From Camelus ferus (lineage: Eukaryota): 64,000 nt of DNA. The position numbers and the translations under genes were made by a program. The stretch spans positions 113,648,001 to 113,712,000 of the forward strand of contig NC_045696.1 in the NCBI RefSeq assembly GCF_009834535.1. Reading direction: 5' to 3'. Below the pieces are notes generated by a model that was given only the letters and a program-made list of their open reading frames with translations, did no database searches and was not told the DNA's origin. Positions 1 to 12,672 of the stretch are shown here, in pieces; positions within the stretch are counted from its first letter, which is position 1, and each line of letters opens with the position of its first letter.

Positions 1-316
1 CTTATGGTCAATTAACCTTCAACAAAGAAGGCAAAAATATACAGTGGAGAAAAGATAGTCTTTTCAGCAAGTGGTGTTGGGAAAACTGGACAGCTGCATG
101 TAAATCAATGAAGTTAGAACACTCCCTCACACTATACAGAAAAATAAAGTCAAATGGCTTGAAGAGTTAAATATAAGACAAGACGCTATAAACCTCCTAG
201 AAGAAAACACAGGCAAACATTCTCTGACATCAATCTTAGCCATGTTCACCTAGGGCAGTCTACCCAGGCAATAGGAATAAAAGCAAAAATAAACAAATGG
301 AATCTAATTAAACTTA
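1..316 (+). mobile_element. L1 ORF2 fragment (degenerate, runs off the window start)
   Basis: Start translates as [43 protein letters not shown], typical of the L1 ORF2 C-terminal region. Confidence 0.9.
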
Positions 317-319
317 TCC

Positions 320-727
320 TTTAAAAAACTGTCGTATAGCCAATTTACAACAGTGTGTTAATTTCTGGTGTAAGCATAGTGATTTATTTATACATATATG
401 TATATTTCTTGTCATATTCTTTTTCATTATATGCCATTACAAGCTATTGAATATAGTTCCCTGTGCTATACAATAGGTCCTTGTTGTTTATCTATTTTAT
501 ATATAGTAGTTAGTATCTGCAAATCCTGAACTCCCAACTGATCCCTTCCCACCCCCTTCCCACCTGGTAACCATAAGTTTGTTTTCTATGTCTGTGTGTC
601 TGTTTCTGTTTTGTAAATAAGTTCATTTGGGTCCTTTTTTTTTTTTTAGATTCCACATATAAGCGATACCATATGGCATTTTTCTTTCTCTTTCTGGCTT
701 GCTTCACTTAGAATGATGATCTCCAGG
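320..727 (-). mobile_element. L1 3' UTR fragment
   Basis: Shares 3' end motifs (ttccctgtgctataca, ggtaaccataagtttgttttctatgtctgt, agattccacatataag) with many other L1 copies in the window. Confidence 0.9.
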
Positions 728-729
728 CA

Positions 730-889
730 GTACCCAGATATTTTAAACGGCAGATAAACATCAAATAAGTTTTAGCATAGATATGTCCCATGCAGTAGTT
801 GGGAAATACTTATACTCTAAAATTATTTATTACTTATTTAAATTACACATTTAACTGGGCACCTTGTTTTGGGCATCCCTATTCTGGCA
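730..889. mobile_element. MER53-like palindromic hAT MITE
   Basis: Central quasi-palindrome ttttagcatagatatgtcccatgc...ttgggaaatacttatactctaaaa, with tttaactgggc near the end; matches remembered MER53 consensus. Confidence 0.75.
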
Positions 890-3358
890 GATTTGTAAGG
901 GTTGCAGTATGCAGAAAGCATGTGTTGTAAAAGTGGCCCTGAGCTAGAGCATAAGAGAGATGGACACTGGAAGTCACCTCCTCTGACTCTCCGTCAGGCA
1001 ATAGGTACACTCACACGGCAGGGGCTAAGTCTCTGAGCTGAGCCTTACCAAGAGGAACTGAGTCAGAGAAAAAGCTGCCTGAAATGTTGAGAAAGAGCAG
1101 GCTGGCTAGTGGTTAGGGGAAGTCTCTTTCAGCCTTATTATTCAACCACTCTGTAATTGAGGGTGCATCAGGAAGCCTTGGCTTCCCTGGTTTCAGAGCC
1201 TGTGGTACCAGAGAGAGCATCCCTGCCTGCAATCTGAAACCTGCATCCCTTTCGCTGGACCCAGGCAGCATTTCCTGGTTCCCGAACCACCTGTCTCCAA
1301 GGTGCCTGTGAGGAAAGGCACTATGGGTGTGGGAGAAGAGGCTGCAGGCCAGGCCCAGGAAGGGGTTGTCCAGGGACTGTTTTTCGAGAGGTCAGGCTAG
1401 CCAGCAAATGGCCAGTGAAGCCAGAGGGCTGGGTGAAATCAGAGAGAAGAAATGGGCCAATGCGGAGGTCAGAGAGCAGAGTGGCTCTGACTCGGGGACT
1501 CTGTCCATGCTCCACTTTCAGCTCTCTCTTAGCAGATTTGGACAAGCCACTCTTATTGGTTTTGCACAGTCTGTGAATAATTTTCCAATTCAATCCAGAA
1601 AGAAATTCCATGCTGTCAGCCAGCACAGATTGTTGTAGGAAAAATGACACAACTCTATCCTCTGGGCAAACTTGCAAATTATTACAAATTTCCCCACCAC
1701 TCCTTCACACACACAGCTGGCTGGAGAAGGTGTCAGTTTTTCCATGGAGATGGGAGGCTTTTCTTCGTGTGATTTCTCATGATCAAGCACATCCCTACAG
1801 TGCTTTGTTGACTTTCATTCCGAGCTCCCGTTCCCTCTGACATTGAGACAGAACTGGGGCAGGCCTTGCTCCTGACTACTGCACAGGAGTCAGGCACCAA
1901 GCTCGCCTATGCCCAGCCTTGGAGCAAAGATGGATCCCGGAAAGGAACACTGGCCAGCTAAGATTCTGCATCTCCAGATGAATGACATCACAAAAACAAT
2001 GTGCAGAGCATGGTGATCAGTGAAAAACAGTTCTGGCATGAACAACAGCCCACTCATCTGAAGATCAAGGCTGACCTAACCTCTGAAACCAGCCCTGACC
2101 ACTGTCAGCACCAGAGTCCGGCTTCCTCCAGACCCAGGGTCCCGCTCACATGTGGCTTGTAGATTTCATAGACGCTCCTCCACTTGGATTCAATCCAGTG
2201 AATGGTTATTGCGCCCCGATGGGGCATAGCTCACCATGCTAGGCTCCAGGAGATACAACAGTTAATAATGTATAAGGTCTAGCTTGCTGTTTAGAAGGAA
2301 GGGAGATCTATGAATTGCTATAGAAGAGACCAAAAGAAACTGCATGGTGGTAGTGACCACTGGAGGGGAGATATAAAGAGATCTTCCCTGACAGAGGAAG
2401 ATGCAGCATTTGACCTGGGCTTCATTGATGGTCTCTGGGATGTCAGGAGAATTTAGGTACCAAGACAAACAAAGGTAGACCTGAAAGCACAGGGTTTTCA
2501 GGGAGAGGAGTGAGAAGTCAGGTCTTAATGCAAGACGGGGAGTCGGAGCCTCGGAAGCACTTCCTCAGAGGAGCACCCAAATTTTGGTTTGTGTCCCCAG
2601 CTGAACCCCAGATGCTGGTGGGGGTCTCTATCCCACAGTGCACAGCCCAATGCCTGCCCCTTCCCCTCTTATTTAGAAGGTTAGATTCTAAAATCGTTTA
2701 CCCTGAGAGTTTAAAGGATGAATCTTCCGTGTACCAGTGTTAGGGTATCATTCTGATTGTTCAGGCTGTTTCTTTAGAAGACCTCAAGTAGTTCTGAGTT
2801 CCAGCTGTCTCTGCTGATAAAGAGAAAGTAAATTCTCCCTGTTGCAAAAACTTTTGGAACAGCAGGAAACCAACCTGTCAACTCAAATTGATTTATTCAC
2901 TCAACTGGAATGACCGGACCCACTTAACACATCCCCTGAGAGGGAGCAGTTTACTTCATTCTACCCATAGGACCAGGCTGATCATCACATGATAAGTGTA
3001 ACATCTCCAAGAGGAAGTCAGGGTGGACAGGACCGTGCCCACTCAACAAATGGTGAAAATGAAATACAAATTTCGCAGTCACCCAAGAGGGATATTCACT
3101 TCTAGCCAATGATGTGTTCACCAGCTCATCCTAGCTTAGTTTCTTCAGATACAGGATGAATTTCAGGCTTCCTTTGCATCTCAGTGTATATATTGCTCTT
3201 AACCAAAATGCCAAACACTATGGCTCTTTTATCATCATAGGGAGAGAGAAACCTCATTTTGCAGTATTTCCCCCAGCTCGTTCCTAAACTTCTGGTAGCC
3301 TCTGTTTTCTCCCTTTCGCAACAGTTCCTTACAACCTCTTTCCCTCTTGTTTAGAATG

Positions 3359-3575
3359 CAGTTGACCCTTGAACAATGCAGGAGTTAGGGGCGCCTACCC
3401 CCACACAGTTGAAAATCCACCTGTAACTTTAGAGTTGGCTCTGGTATCCCCAGTTCCACATCCGCGAATGGAACCAATCGAGGACCAGGTTACGGACTGT
3501 AGTTTGTGTTTAGTGGGAAATAATCTGCCCACCAGCGGTCTCGCGCAGTTCAAATTGTTGTTCGAGGGTCAACCG
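3359..3575. mobile_element. MER8/Tigger2-type MITE
   Basis: Terminal inverted repeats CAGTTGACCCTTGAACAA ... TTGTTCGAGGGTCAACCG, followed by TA. Confidence 0.85.
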
Positions 3576-3984
3576 TAATTCTTTGTAAGTGCTTTCTGTG
3601 TCGCAGCCGGAGCTCAGAGACGGCTGGTTAAGTTTGACACGCTGGCTCCAGGCATTTGGTCCATGAGGAAGTGACATGTGATATCGTGTCAGCTTCCAGA
3701 ACTTCCACCTGGCCTGGATCGCCTGGGGTCTCCAGATGCTTGTGTGTGTTGATCTCATATGCAAAACAGCTGCTGGCCTCTGAGGCGTCTCGGTAGCCGT
3801 GGAGACAGGAACAAAAACATCGATGAGGATGTCAGGTGGTCTCAGAGCTGAAGCTTCGGGACCGATGCGGCATTGTCGGCGTGTGTGACACCCGATGAAG
3901 CAGGATGCCAGGCCTCTCTCGATCAAGCGGGATGACGAGAGCGAGAGCGCCTCTGCTCTGCCTCCTTCTCACCCAGAGGCTTAG

Positions 3985-4290
3985 TGATTCACTTGCTTAT
4001 TCTGCAAATACTTGCGCAGGGACTGCTGTGTGCCGGGCACTATCTAGGCACGAGAGACGGAGGTGAGGGAGGCAGAGTCCCTGCCCTCACTGAGTTTCCC
4101 GGGACGTGGGGCTCGGCAGCTAAAATTGGGCAAGTCCTGGGCAAACTGGACCAAGTTGGTGACCTCACTCTGGGCGGGGAGGGGCGGGGGTGTGGGTAAA
4201 CAGAGCGTTAGCAAATACACGAATAAATACGGTCTTTTCAGATAGTGATACGTGCCGTGAAGGAAATAAGGCACTTGGTGTGCTTCCTGG
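3985..4290. mobile_element. L2 fragments
   Basis: caaatacttg...tgtgtgccgggcactatctaggc...ccctgccctca pattern typical of the L2 3' region. Confidence 0.6.
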
Positions 4291-6221
4291 TGACTAGAGG
4301 GGGCGGGTGGGAGGAGGCTTTTGTGGACAGCTGGGCAAGGAGGGAGGAGTGTTGCAGGCACAAAGCTGGCCAGAGGGAGGTAAAGAGGGAGGCTTGAGGC
4401 TGGAGTGGAGGGAGAGGGAGAAGGTGAAGTCAGGGAGGCCTGGCAACACTAACCAGCAGCAAACCAGCCTTTACCGCGGGTCCTCCGGCAGGGGCTTTAC
4501 GTGTGGTAACTCACTTTACCCTCACAGCGAAGGTAGGCTCATATCATTATCCTGCCCGCGTCACGGAGGAAGAAACCCAGGTACAGGCGGTGTGAGAACG
4601 TAGCCGTCCTCCGAGGGCTTCAACCCCAGGGCGATGCAGCAGAGTCCGCCCTGCGGCGACTTTCCGCGCTGCCCCAGGTTTAAGCCGAGGGGCCCCACTC
4701 TCTGATTGACATCTGGACCAAACTCCGTCTGAGGTCTCCCTATGGGACTCACTCCCTCCAGACCCATCGCATCCCAGGGCCTCCTGGACTGTATTAAATT
4801 CACAGATTGCCGGTGGGCTGCGCCACTTTAATGTTTTCATAATGAGCTTCAAATGCAGAAACCCAAGGTGAAAATATTACGAAGTACTGCCTTTTAAACT
4901 TCCACTTTGCTTCTGCCTAACCACCCTCAGTATGCCGTTCTTGCCGCTGGTTGAATACAGAAAACGACATAACCATCCAAGTGCAGTGACTGTGGTATCA
5001 ACAACCAAATTACTTATCAGCTGTGGTTAACAATGGGTTTTCTTTCCTCCGCAGTTTCTGATAAAATGTTTGCACAGCATTAAACGGGGAAACACAGAGT
5101 GACGGCAATAAAAAACGAACAAGGATAATTTGTGTGTTGACATTTCCACAATAGAATGTCGAGTATTTCATACCCAGTGATACTGAGCTTTTCTAAGCCT
5201 ACTGCTACTTTCTTTGAAAAAAAAAAAAGCTTTCTGTTCATTTTAATATTAATCTTAAGCTGTACTCTTTTTTGTATGATGTTTCTCAAACAGTATTTTA
5301 AAGTCTAATAAAAATAAATATACGTTTAAAATGATTGCATTGAAATATGCATTGAAAATGATTCTATGTCAGACAAAATTACAGGCAGTTGCTACTGATA
5401 CAGAACCTTTTGTCTAAGACCACTGTGCCCTCATTCTGTGCTAATGTCCTATCCCTCCCAGAATTCCCTGCAGTGATCACTTTTATGCAGGGAATTTGTT
5501 ACTTTTGTAGGTCATGATGATTAATCAACGTGGACTCTTTTCTCTCATTATTCTTAGAGTTCTTCATATGGAAAATTTTCCAGGTGGTAGACAAGGATAA
5601 TCAGATCCCAAATTTAACTAGAAATCATCACATTTAAAGAGTTCTCACAAATCACATAATGTAAAATAAGTTGAACTGTAGTCTGTAGGCATCGTTTGAA
5701 TTTTGGGGATTTTTTTAATTCTTAAGAGATAGCTTTTAAGTTAAAGCATAATAGATAGTTTAGACAAAAAGTATCAAAAAGAAAAAAGAAAAAGGTAAGA
5801 GAGATCTGTAGCTAACTCTGGTTTTGCATTTCAAAAAAAAAAAATAAAAAGAACCCTCAAAAGCAGAAGGGACCAGCCCCCAAGTCCTCCCTGCGGTATG
5901 TAGAAACTTGGTGCAGGTGCTTGATCTCAGGTTCAGACCTGGTCTGCACGAGACATGACGGAGGTTCACGCAGCCTCCAGAAGGAGAGTTTTGGAACCTG
6001 AGGTGACTGATCTTTGGAATTGCCAACAAGATCGAGCAGCTGCAGACGTGAATACAGACTAAATGAATGTTTTATTTATTTATTTTTATGTCAAAGAGAA
6101 GAACAAATCACCTTCGGCATCTCTGAGTGAGCAATAGGTAAAAACGTCACAAATACCTGCCACCTAACAATTGGTACTTGGTCCCTAGGTTGTGGGAATG
6201 AGGATTGTGGGCAGTGGGTGT

Positions 6222-6855
6222 GAATGATTGAAAAATGGTCTCCCAGAGATATGTCCATGTGCTCATCCCAGAACCATATTACCTTCTATAGCAAAAAAAG
6301 TGAATATTACTTTATATAGTTGTCCCTCAGTATCCACAGGATACTGGTTCCAGGATCCCCGCCACCAGTGTGGATACCAAACTGCGCAGATGCTCAAGTG
6401 CCTTGTATAAGATGTCTTAGTACACTCTGTCCTCCATATCTGTGGGTTCCGACTCTGCGCACAAAGGCAGAACCCACGAGTACAGAGGGTTGAACGTATG
6501 GCCAAAACGGTAATTAAGCTAAAATCTTGAGGATCTTGTCCTGGATTATCCAGGTGGGCCCTCAATGAAATCATATGTCTTTATAACAGAGAGGTGAAAA
6601 GAGAGGTGCTTTTGACCCAGACCCACACAGAGATGCAGTGACGTGAAGACAGAGGTGGAGATTGGAGTGATACAGCTGCAAGTCAGGAAACACCTGCCAC
6701 CACCAGACGAGGCAGAGAACCCCCGCAGAGCCTCTGCAGAACTGCAGCCCTGACCTCAGACTTCTAGACTCTAGAATCATGAGACTACATTTCTGTCATT
6801 TTGAGCCACAAAGTTTGGGATCATTTGTTAACAGCAGCCACAGGAAACAAATACA
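6222..6855 (+). mobile_element. MaLR LTR (MLT1B/C-like), interrupted by a MITE
   Basis: ctggattatccaggtgggccc and terminal ttgttaacagcagccacaggaaacaaataca are MLT1 hallmarks. Confidence 0.75.
6317..6496. mobile_element. MER2-like Tigger MITE nested in the MLT1 LTR
   Basis: TA-flanked; begins (c/t)agttgtccctcagtatcc...ggttccaggatcccc and ends gagggttgaacg. Confidence 0.7.
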
Positions 6856-6985
6856 GTGGGTCACAGTGTAAGGAGAGATAAGATGGTGAGGAAATTATTT
6901 TTTAGCTGCATATTTACGGAGGCTAGCTCTTTTCGTTAAGTCACCGTGCAAAGACTCCAGGAGCTGGCAGACAGCAATGGCAGCC

Positions 6986-7549
6986 TGTGCCAGGCAGTGT
7001 TCTAAGATGGCCATGATCTCCACCCCCTGGTGCTTCTCCTGTGGTTATGTCACTTTACATGGCATAGGGAGTTTGTAGGTGTAGTTAAGTTTACTAATCA
7101 GTTGATTGGTGGCTCTAACCTAATCACAAAAGCTTCTTTAAATGCAGAGAGCCTTCTCCAACTGGTGGCAGAAGGGGATGGCATCGAGACACACTCTGGC
7201 TGGCTTGAAGGAAAGCAAACATCTATACTGTGAGCTGTTGATGAGAGGGGCAGGCTCTAGCAGCTGAGAGTGGTTCCTGTCTGACAGCCAGGAAAAGTGG
7301 GGACCTTGGTCTTAAAACCATAAAGAAATGGATTCTTCCAATAATCAGTAAACTTAAAAGGGGACCACAAGGCCCAGATGAGAACCACATCCTCAACCAA
7401 TACCTTGATTTGACCCTGTGATACCCTGAGCCAAAAGCAGCCACATCATGCCCCACTTCTGACCTTCAGACTCATAAGCCAATGAGTGTTCATTTTTCTA
7501 AGCTGCAAGCTTTGCAGTATTTGTTATGCAGCAGCAGATAACAAATACA
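6986..7549 (+). mobile_element. MaLR LTR (MLT1E/F-like)
   Basis: TG...CA termini; ttctaagatggcc near the 5' end and ttgttatgcagcagcagataacaaataca at the 3' end. Confidence 0.75.
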
Positions 7550-7761
7550 CACCTCCAGTTACTGAACTAACTTGGAGGGGGCAGGCAGATTACAGGTATG
7601 ACAGAGTTCTCTCCAGTATCACATCTCTACTCATTCCCACCTTCCTCCATCATCCACTGCATGCACCCCACTGTATACCTGGACTATCAAGGGGCCAAAG
7701 CCCAGAACTATGTTTTCTATGACCTGATCTATCCAAGTGAATCCTGAAGAAACCAAGTTTT

Positions 7762-7895
7762 GGGGAAGGAGGGTATAGCTCAGTGGTAGAATGCATACCT
7801 AACATGCCCAAGGTCCTGGGTTCAATCCCCAGTACATCCATTAAAAAAAAATTAAATAAAAACATAATTACCTCCCCCCAAATTAAAAAAAAAAG
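7762..7895 (+). mobile_element. tRNA-derived SINE (camelid vic-1-like)
   Basis: A box TAGCTCAGTGG, B box GGTTCAATCCC, A-rich middle, taattacctcccc and A tail; two more copies in the window. Confidence 0.85.
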
Positions 7896-8624
7896 AAATT
7901 AAGGGTTAGTCTAGCAGAGGTTCTTATAGACGGTTGCTAAAATCATGTGATATGGACAATAAACTTGCTCATTTCCAACTGGGACTATATCACTGTGCAA
8001 CACACACACAGTGGTACAGCTAAATGCTAAGATGTAGTATGTCCATTTTCAAGAGGAAAAAAGCCACAGACATTTACTGTGATTCATTTAACTGAGAGGA
8101 AGAAAACTGCTCTGAACATAACTCAGAGAATAAGCCTCATGGCTCTGCACTCGCCCCACGCCTAATTTCTCTGGAATGTGTCCCTCCCTGCTCTAGGGCA
8201 ACTTTGCCTGCTTTCCTTCTGCCTGAAACAATCTTTCTTCCACTCTTCAAAGGGCTGATCCATCTTTAAGGTTTCAGCTCAAATACACTCTCTCCAAAGG
8301 CTATTCTCCCAGATCACCCAATCTACAACTGGTCTCCATTGTCAGTCTCTCCAAGTTTCTGTTCTGTTCTGTCGTGGCACTTTATCACATTTTGTAATTA
8401 TATATTAATTTCTTTGTCTGCATGCTTGAACAATGGAGTATTGCTTTATATATTATTCAGTATTCTTTTGGTTGCAAGCAACAGAAATCCCCTCTGGCTT
8501 GCTTAAACTATAAAAGAAGGGTAGCTTGTAAGAGTCAAAGAAAATATTGCATCCCAAAGTCCCAGCAAGGGCAAGAATGATGAGTATGGTAGGACTTTTT
8601 GGCCCTTCTCTCACAATTCCAGCC

Positions 8625-8670
8625 AGTTTTGAGATCTGGGCACCAGATCTGGGCACCAGATCTCAAAACT
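8625..8670. repeat. Perfect 15-bp inverted repeat enclosing a 13-bp direct repeat
   Basis: AGTTTTGAGATCTGG (8625-8639) and CCAGATCTCAAAACT (8656-8670); AGATCTGGGCACC occurs twice. Confidence 0.9.
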
Positions 8671-9052
8671 TGCATTCCAAATTCCTGGGAGAGAGAATCT
8701 GCCCCAGATTCTCAATGCTAATGAGAATGCACAATGATATAGTCCCAGCTGGAAAGAGGTTGGATTGAGTTTCCACCCTTGGACCTCACTGTGAGTTCCT
8801 ACATGGACCCAGTGTGAAGTCAAGAAAGCATTATCTGTCATTTTGTTATCTGAAGGGAGGAGGTAACAGTGGATGGTTCTGAGCAGGGAGCACATGAGCA
8901 TTACCACTTTTGTTGAGCATAGATTGTGTGGAAGGCTCTAGACGGGGCAATGTTACCATACCTGTGGGTCTCAGACTTTTTCAGTCTCTGGTTGGTACAA
9001 GTCTCCAGCAGGTGTTGCCACCATCAAGAAGCATTATGTCACTGTGCCTAGG

Positions 9053-9410
9053 TGTTACAGACTGAATACTTGTGTTTCCCCCCAAATTCATAGGTTGGAA
9101 CCTAACCCCCAGTGTGATGGTATTAGGAGGTGTGGCATTTGGGAAGTGGTTAGGTCATGAGGGCAGAACGCCATGGATGGGATTAGCGTCCTTATGAAAG
9201 AGGCCCCAGGGAGCATCCTCAGTGCTTCTGTCATGTGAGCACACAGTGAGAAGCAGCTGTCCAAGGACCAGGAAGTGGACTCTCACCTGACACTGAATCT
9301 ACCAGCACCTTGAACTTGGACTTCCCAGCCTCTAGAATGGTACATTTCTGCTGTTTGTAAGCCATCCGGTCTACGGTATTTTGTGATAGCAGCCGGAACG
9401 GACTAAGACA
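9053..9410 (+). mobile_element. MaLR 5' LTR (MLT1A-like)
   Basis: tgttacagactgaat...ccccaaattcat...cccagtgtgatggtattaggaggt...gactaagaca. Confidence 0.85.
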
Positions 9411-10860
9411 AATTGGTAGGGAGAAGTTGGGTGCTTCCATAACAAATGCCTAAAACGTGGGATTGGCTTTGGAACTGGGTAATGAGTAGAGGCTGGATGG
9501 GTTTGGAGATCCATGTTAGAAACTCCATCCGTGTCCCTATGTTGCTGGGCATGGACCATGACAGGGAATTTGAGGGGGGACCCAGGAAGAAAAGAGGAGC
9601 TGTAGAGACAGCCTCAGTCTTCTTAGAGAATACCTAAGCACTCTTGAATAGAATATTGGTCAAAATCTGGATGGTAAAAGCCATTCTGATGAAGTCTCAG
9701 ATGGAGACAAGGAACGTGTTCTTGGACAAGGGAGAAAGGCTGTGCTTGTTATAGGTGGCCAAGAGCTTGGCTGAGCTCCGTCTGAGTGTCTTGTGGAAGG
9801 CAGATGATATTGGGTATTTAGCTGAAGTTCTGTCTAAGCAAAACGCCTAGGAGTTTCTCCTGGTTTCTCCTCACCACTTGTATTAAAATCTGAGAAGAGA
9901 GACAGGACTCAGAGACATTAATCAAAAAGGAAGCAGATCTTAAAGACTTGGAAAATTCTCAGCCTCTCAGTATGTGGCCAAACCATGGTTTTGTAAAGAG
10001 ATTAGTAGGGGCCAGCCATCTTGACAGAGGCTGGAGAGCTGTTGTGCAGGAGAGGGGGCAGGGGACGGGGAGGAACTACCCCAAGCCACTCAGAGTGACT
10101 TGGAGCCCTTTCAAAGGAGGGTTTTGCCACATGAGGGATCTCTGCACTCACTGGCGGGGCTGCCTCCCATCCTGGGTTCTGCTCCCCATACCTGCCCGGT
10201 GTCTCAGCTGCCTCCGGCAGCTCCTGTGTGGTGCAGGCTGGGGTGGCCACCCCTCTGGAAGGAACAGGCAAAGCTGGGCATGCATGAACCATGGGGCTGT
10301 GGCTGCCTCCACCCAGGCTAAAAAGGGAGCCCAGCACAGAGCCAGGGAGGGATCCTTAGGCCAAGCCACAGGGGCCAGGCCACCAGCCGCAGCCTGGCAA
10401 AATGCAGTGGCAGGACTCCCACCCTAGACGGTCCAGAAGGCAGGGCTTCTGCCCTGTGTGCCTGGAGGCAGAGCACAGGGCAAGGGGGTTACTCTTGGGC
10501 CTTAAGTTTTCCTGTGTGTGTCCCACTGAGCTTTGGACTCGTTTGGGACCTGGCGTCCCTTTCTTTCGTTATCACGTCTCCCTTTTGAAATGAGAACGTC
10601 CATCCTATGCCTGACCCATGGTTCTATTTTGGAAGCACATAATTTGCTTGATTTTACAAATTCATAGCTGGAGAGGAACTTGCCTCTGTATAAATGGCAC
10701 CTTAAGTCTTACCTGTGTCTAATTTAGGTGACATTTGGATGAGACTTTGACTTTTGAGTTTTTGCTGAAAAGAGTTAAGACTTCAAGAGTTGCTGGGATG
10801 GAATGAAAGTATTTCACATGCCAAAATCCCCCCATAATTTTGGAGGTCTGGGCTGAATGC
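9411..10860 (+). mobile_element. MaLR internal region (MLT1-int), degenerate
   Basis: Directly follows the LTR with aattggta...; contains gctttggaactgggtaatg and gatgagactttgact motifs of MaLR internal sequence. Confidence 0.7.
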
Positions 10861-10872
10861 CGTAGAGTATTT

Positions 10873-11023
10873 TTTAAAATTAGGTTTATTTATTTTATTT
10901 TGGGGGGGAGGGAGGTAATTAGATTTATTTATTTACTTTTTAAAGGAGGTACTGGGGATTGAACCCAGGACCTCATGCGTGCTAAGCATGCGCTCTACCA
11001 CTTGAGCTATACCCTCCTATCCC
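10873..11023 (-). mobile_element. tRNA-derived SINE (vic-1-like) with TSD
   Basis: ggggattgaacccagg...ctctaccacttgagctataccc; TSD tagagtattt at 10863-10872 and 11027-11036. Confidence 0.9.
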
Positions 11024-12511
11024 TCATAGAGTATTTGTGAATACCAGCTTAGAGTATATTGTTATAGATGAAGACACTGAATGGGCTAGGATGCTAGATG
11101 AGCCAGCTGCCAAAGGTTAATCCATCCTGTGTTCCAGGGAGCTGGATGCACCAAAGGCACCCCTGACAAGACAATCTGGGGAACGGGAGGCAGTGAGAAA
11201 AACTGGGGCTCCAGAGAGAATCTTGAGTGTGATCCAGCCTTCCCACTGTGACTGTGGCCAAGTCAGCCTGCCTGAGCCTCGATTTCCTCATCCAAGAAAA
11301 TGGGTATAAATACCACCATTTACGAGGACATTGCTTTAAGTAGCTGGCTAATAAAGCCTCCCAGGGATTCCTTTGCACCGTCTCACTGCTACTTTAAAGC
11401 ACATCATAGGTGTTTAATAAATACTTGTGGAATAAATGAATGCACCCATGAAAGAATAAACGGGGACTCAAGAGAGAAACAGAAGGGAATTCAATACGGA
11501 CTATCTTTTTCTGGAGTCTTCTATGGATAGGAGTGACTCAAGCTCTCCAGCAAATAGGCTGCCTCCGCTAAGCTGCATTTTCCATGTTTGTGCTATTGTT
11601 TCTTTTCCTTCCGTCATCCCATGACCTTAGTCACTCTCATTGAACATTCCAGTCATGTCTCAGCAGTGCCAGAGAGTAATAAAGGAAGGCTGGTGGGGGT
11701 CAGGGGAACCCCCACCTCTAAAGGTGCCTGGACACTGGTGAGAACGATAGTGAACGAGTCCGAGTCCTGGTGGAGGTGGCCCACTCTGTCCTGAATCAAC
11801 CTGTGAGCTCCCGGGTCATTTATTTGAAGGATGCAGCAACTTCCCCGCCACGTCTTTACAGGGGTGAGGATTAAATTACATAATGTGCCACGTAGTAGGT
11901 CCTGCATGAATGTCTGTTCTAGAAATTAGGCCAAGACTCCGTAATCCCAGCCCACTATGTTTTTCCTTCAGAAGTGACTACCCCTTGTTGTGGAGTGATG
12001 AACTGTACCTTCTCAGAATGACTGCCACCTTCGGCACCTGGAGTTTCCTCTTTCTCAAGAAAAGTGCTCCCTTCCTTCTCAGCAGCGTGGCCATCTCAGC
12101 CAAAGCGGAGGAGATGTAAGTCTCCCAGAGGGCAGACAGTCTGCGGCGTAAGCTAGCGGTTCTCGTGTAGAGGAGTCAAACACACGACGGACTGCCTGAC
12201 CCCTCCTTCTGCAGTTTTTCCACCTGCTTTGTAATTAAACCCCTGTTTATGGCCCTGGGGAAGGATGGGTGAGCTGCAGTCAGTTTTCAAGCAAACTTCT
12301 TTTGTGGCCTGGCGGGATTCCCCTGAACCACCTAGTTCTGGGGCCTGGGGAGGACCAGACGGATTCGCGCCTGGGGAGGTGGGGTTGCTGTGGGACTTCA
12401 GGGGGGTTGGGATGGGGTCTCCTGAGCAAACACAGCTGAGATGTAGCAGCTCCTCTTTCAACCAGGGGCTTTAGGGTTTACTTGAGATGTTTTTACATTT
12501 TAAGATACTTT

Positions 12512-12672
12512 ATGAAAACTGAATATATGTATGTTCATGTATGACTGAAGCATTGTGCTATACACCAGAAATTGACACAACATTGTAAACTGACTATACT
12601 TCAATAAAAAAGTATATATATATATATGTGTGTGTATATATACACACACACATACACACACACACACACAAA
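12512..12672 (+). mobile_element. Short L1 3' end whose tail has decayed to a TA/TG/CA microsatellite
   Basis: acaccagaaattgacacaacattgtaaactgactatacttcaataaaa followed by dinucleotide repeats. Confidence 0.85.

Noticed and set aside
1..727. Twin-primed (5'-inverted) single L1
   Set aside because: The plus-strand ORF2 piece abuts the tail side of the minus-strand 3' end, the wrong geometry for twin priming; treated as two fragments.
7762..7840. tRNA gene (A and B boxes present; also at ~10950-11023 and ~32525-32595)
   Set aside because: Each is followed by a shared non-tRNA tail and A-rich end with TSD-like flanks, so these are SINE heads.
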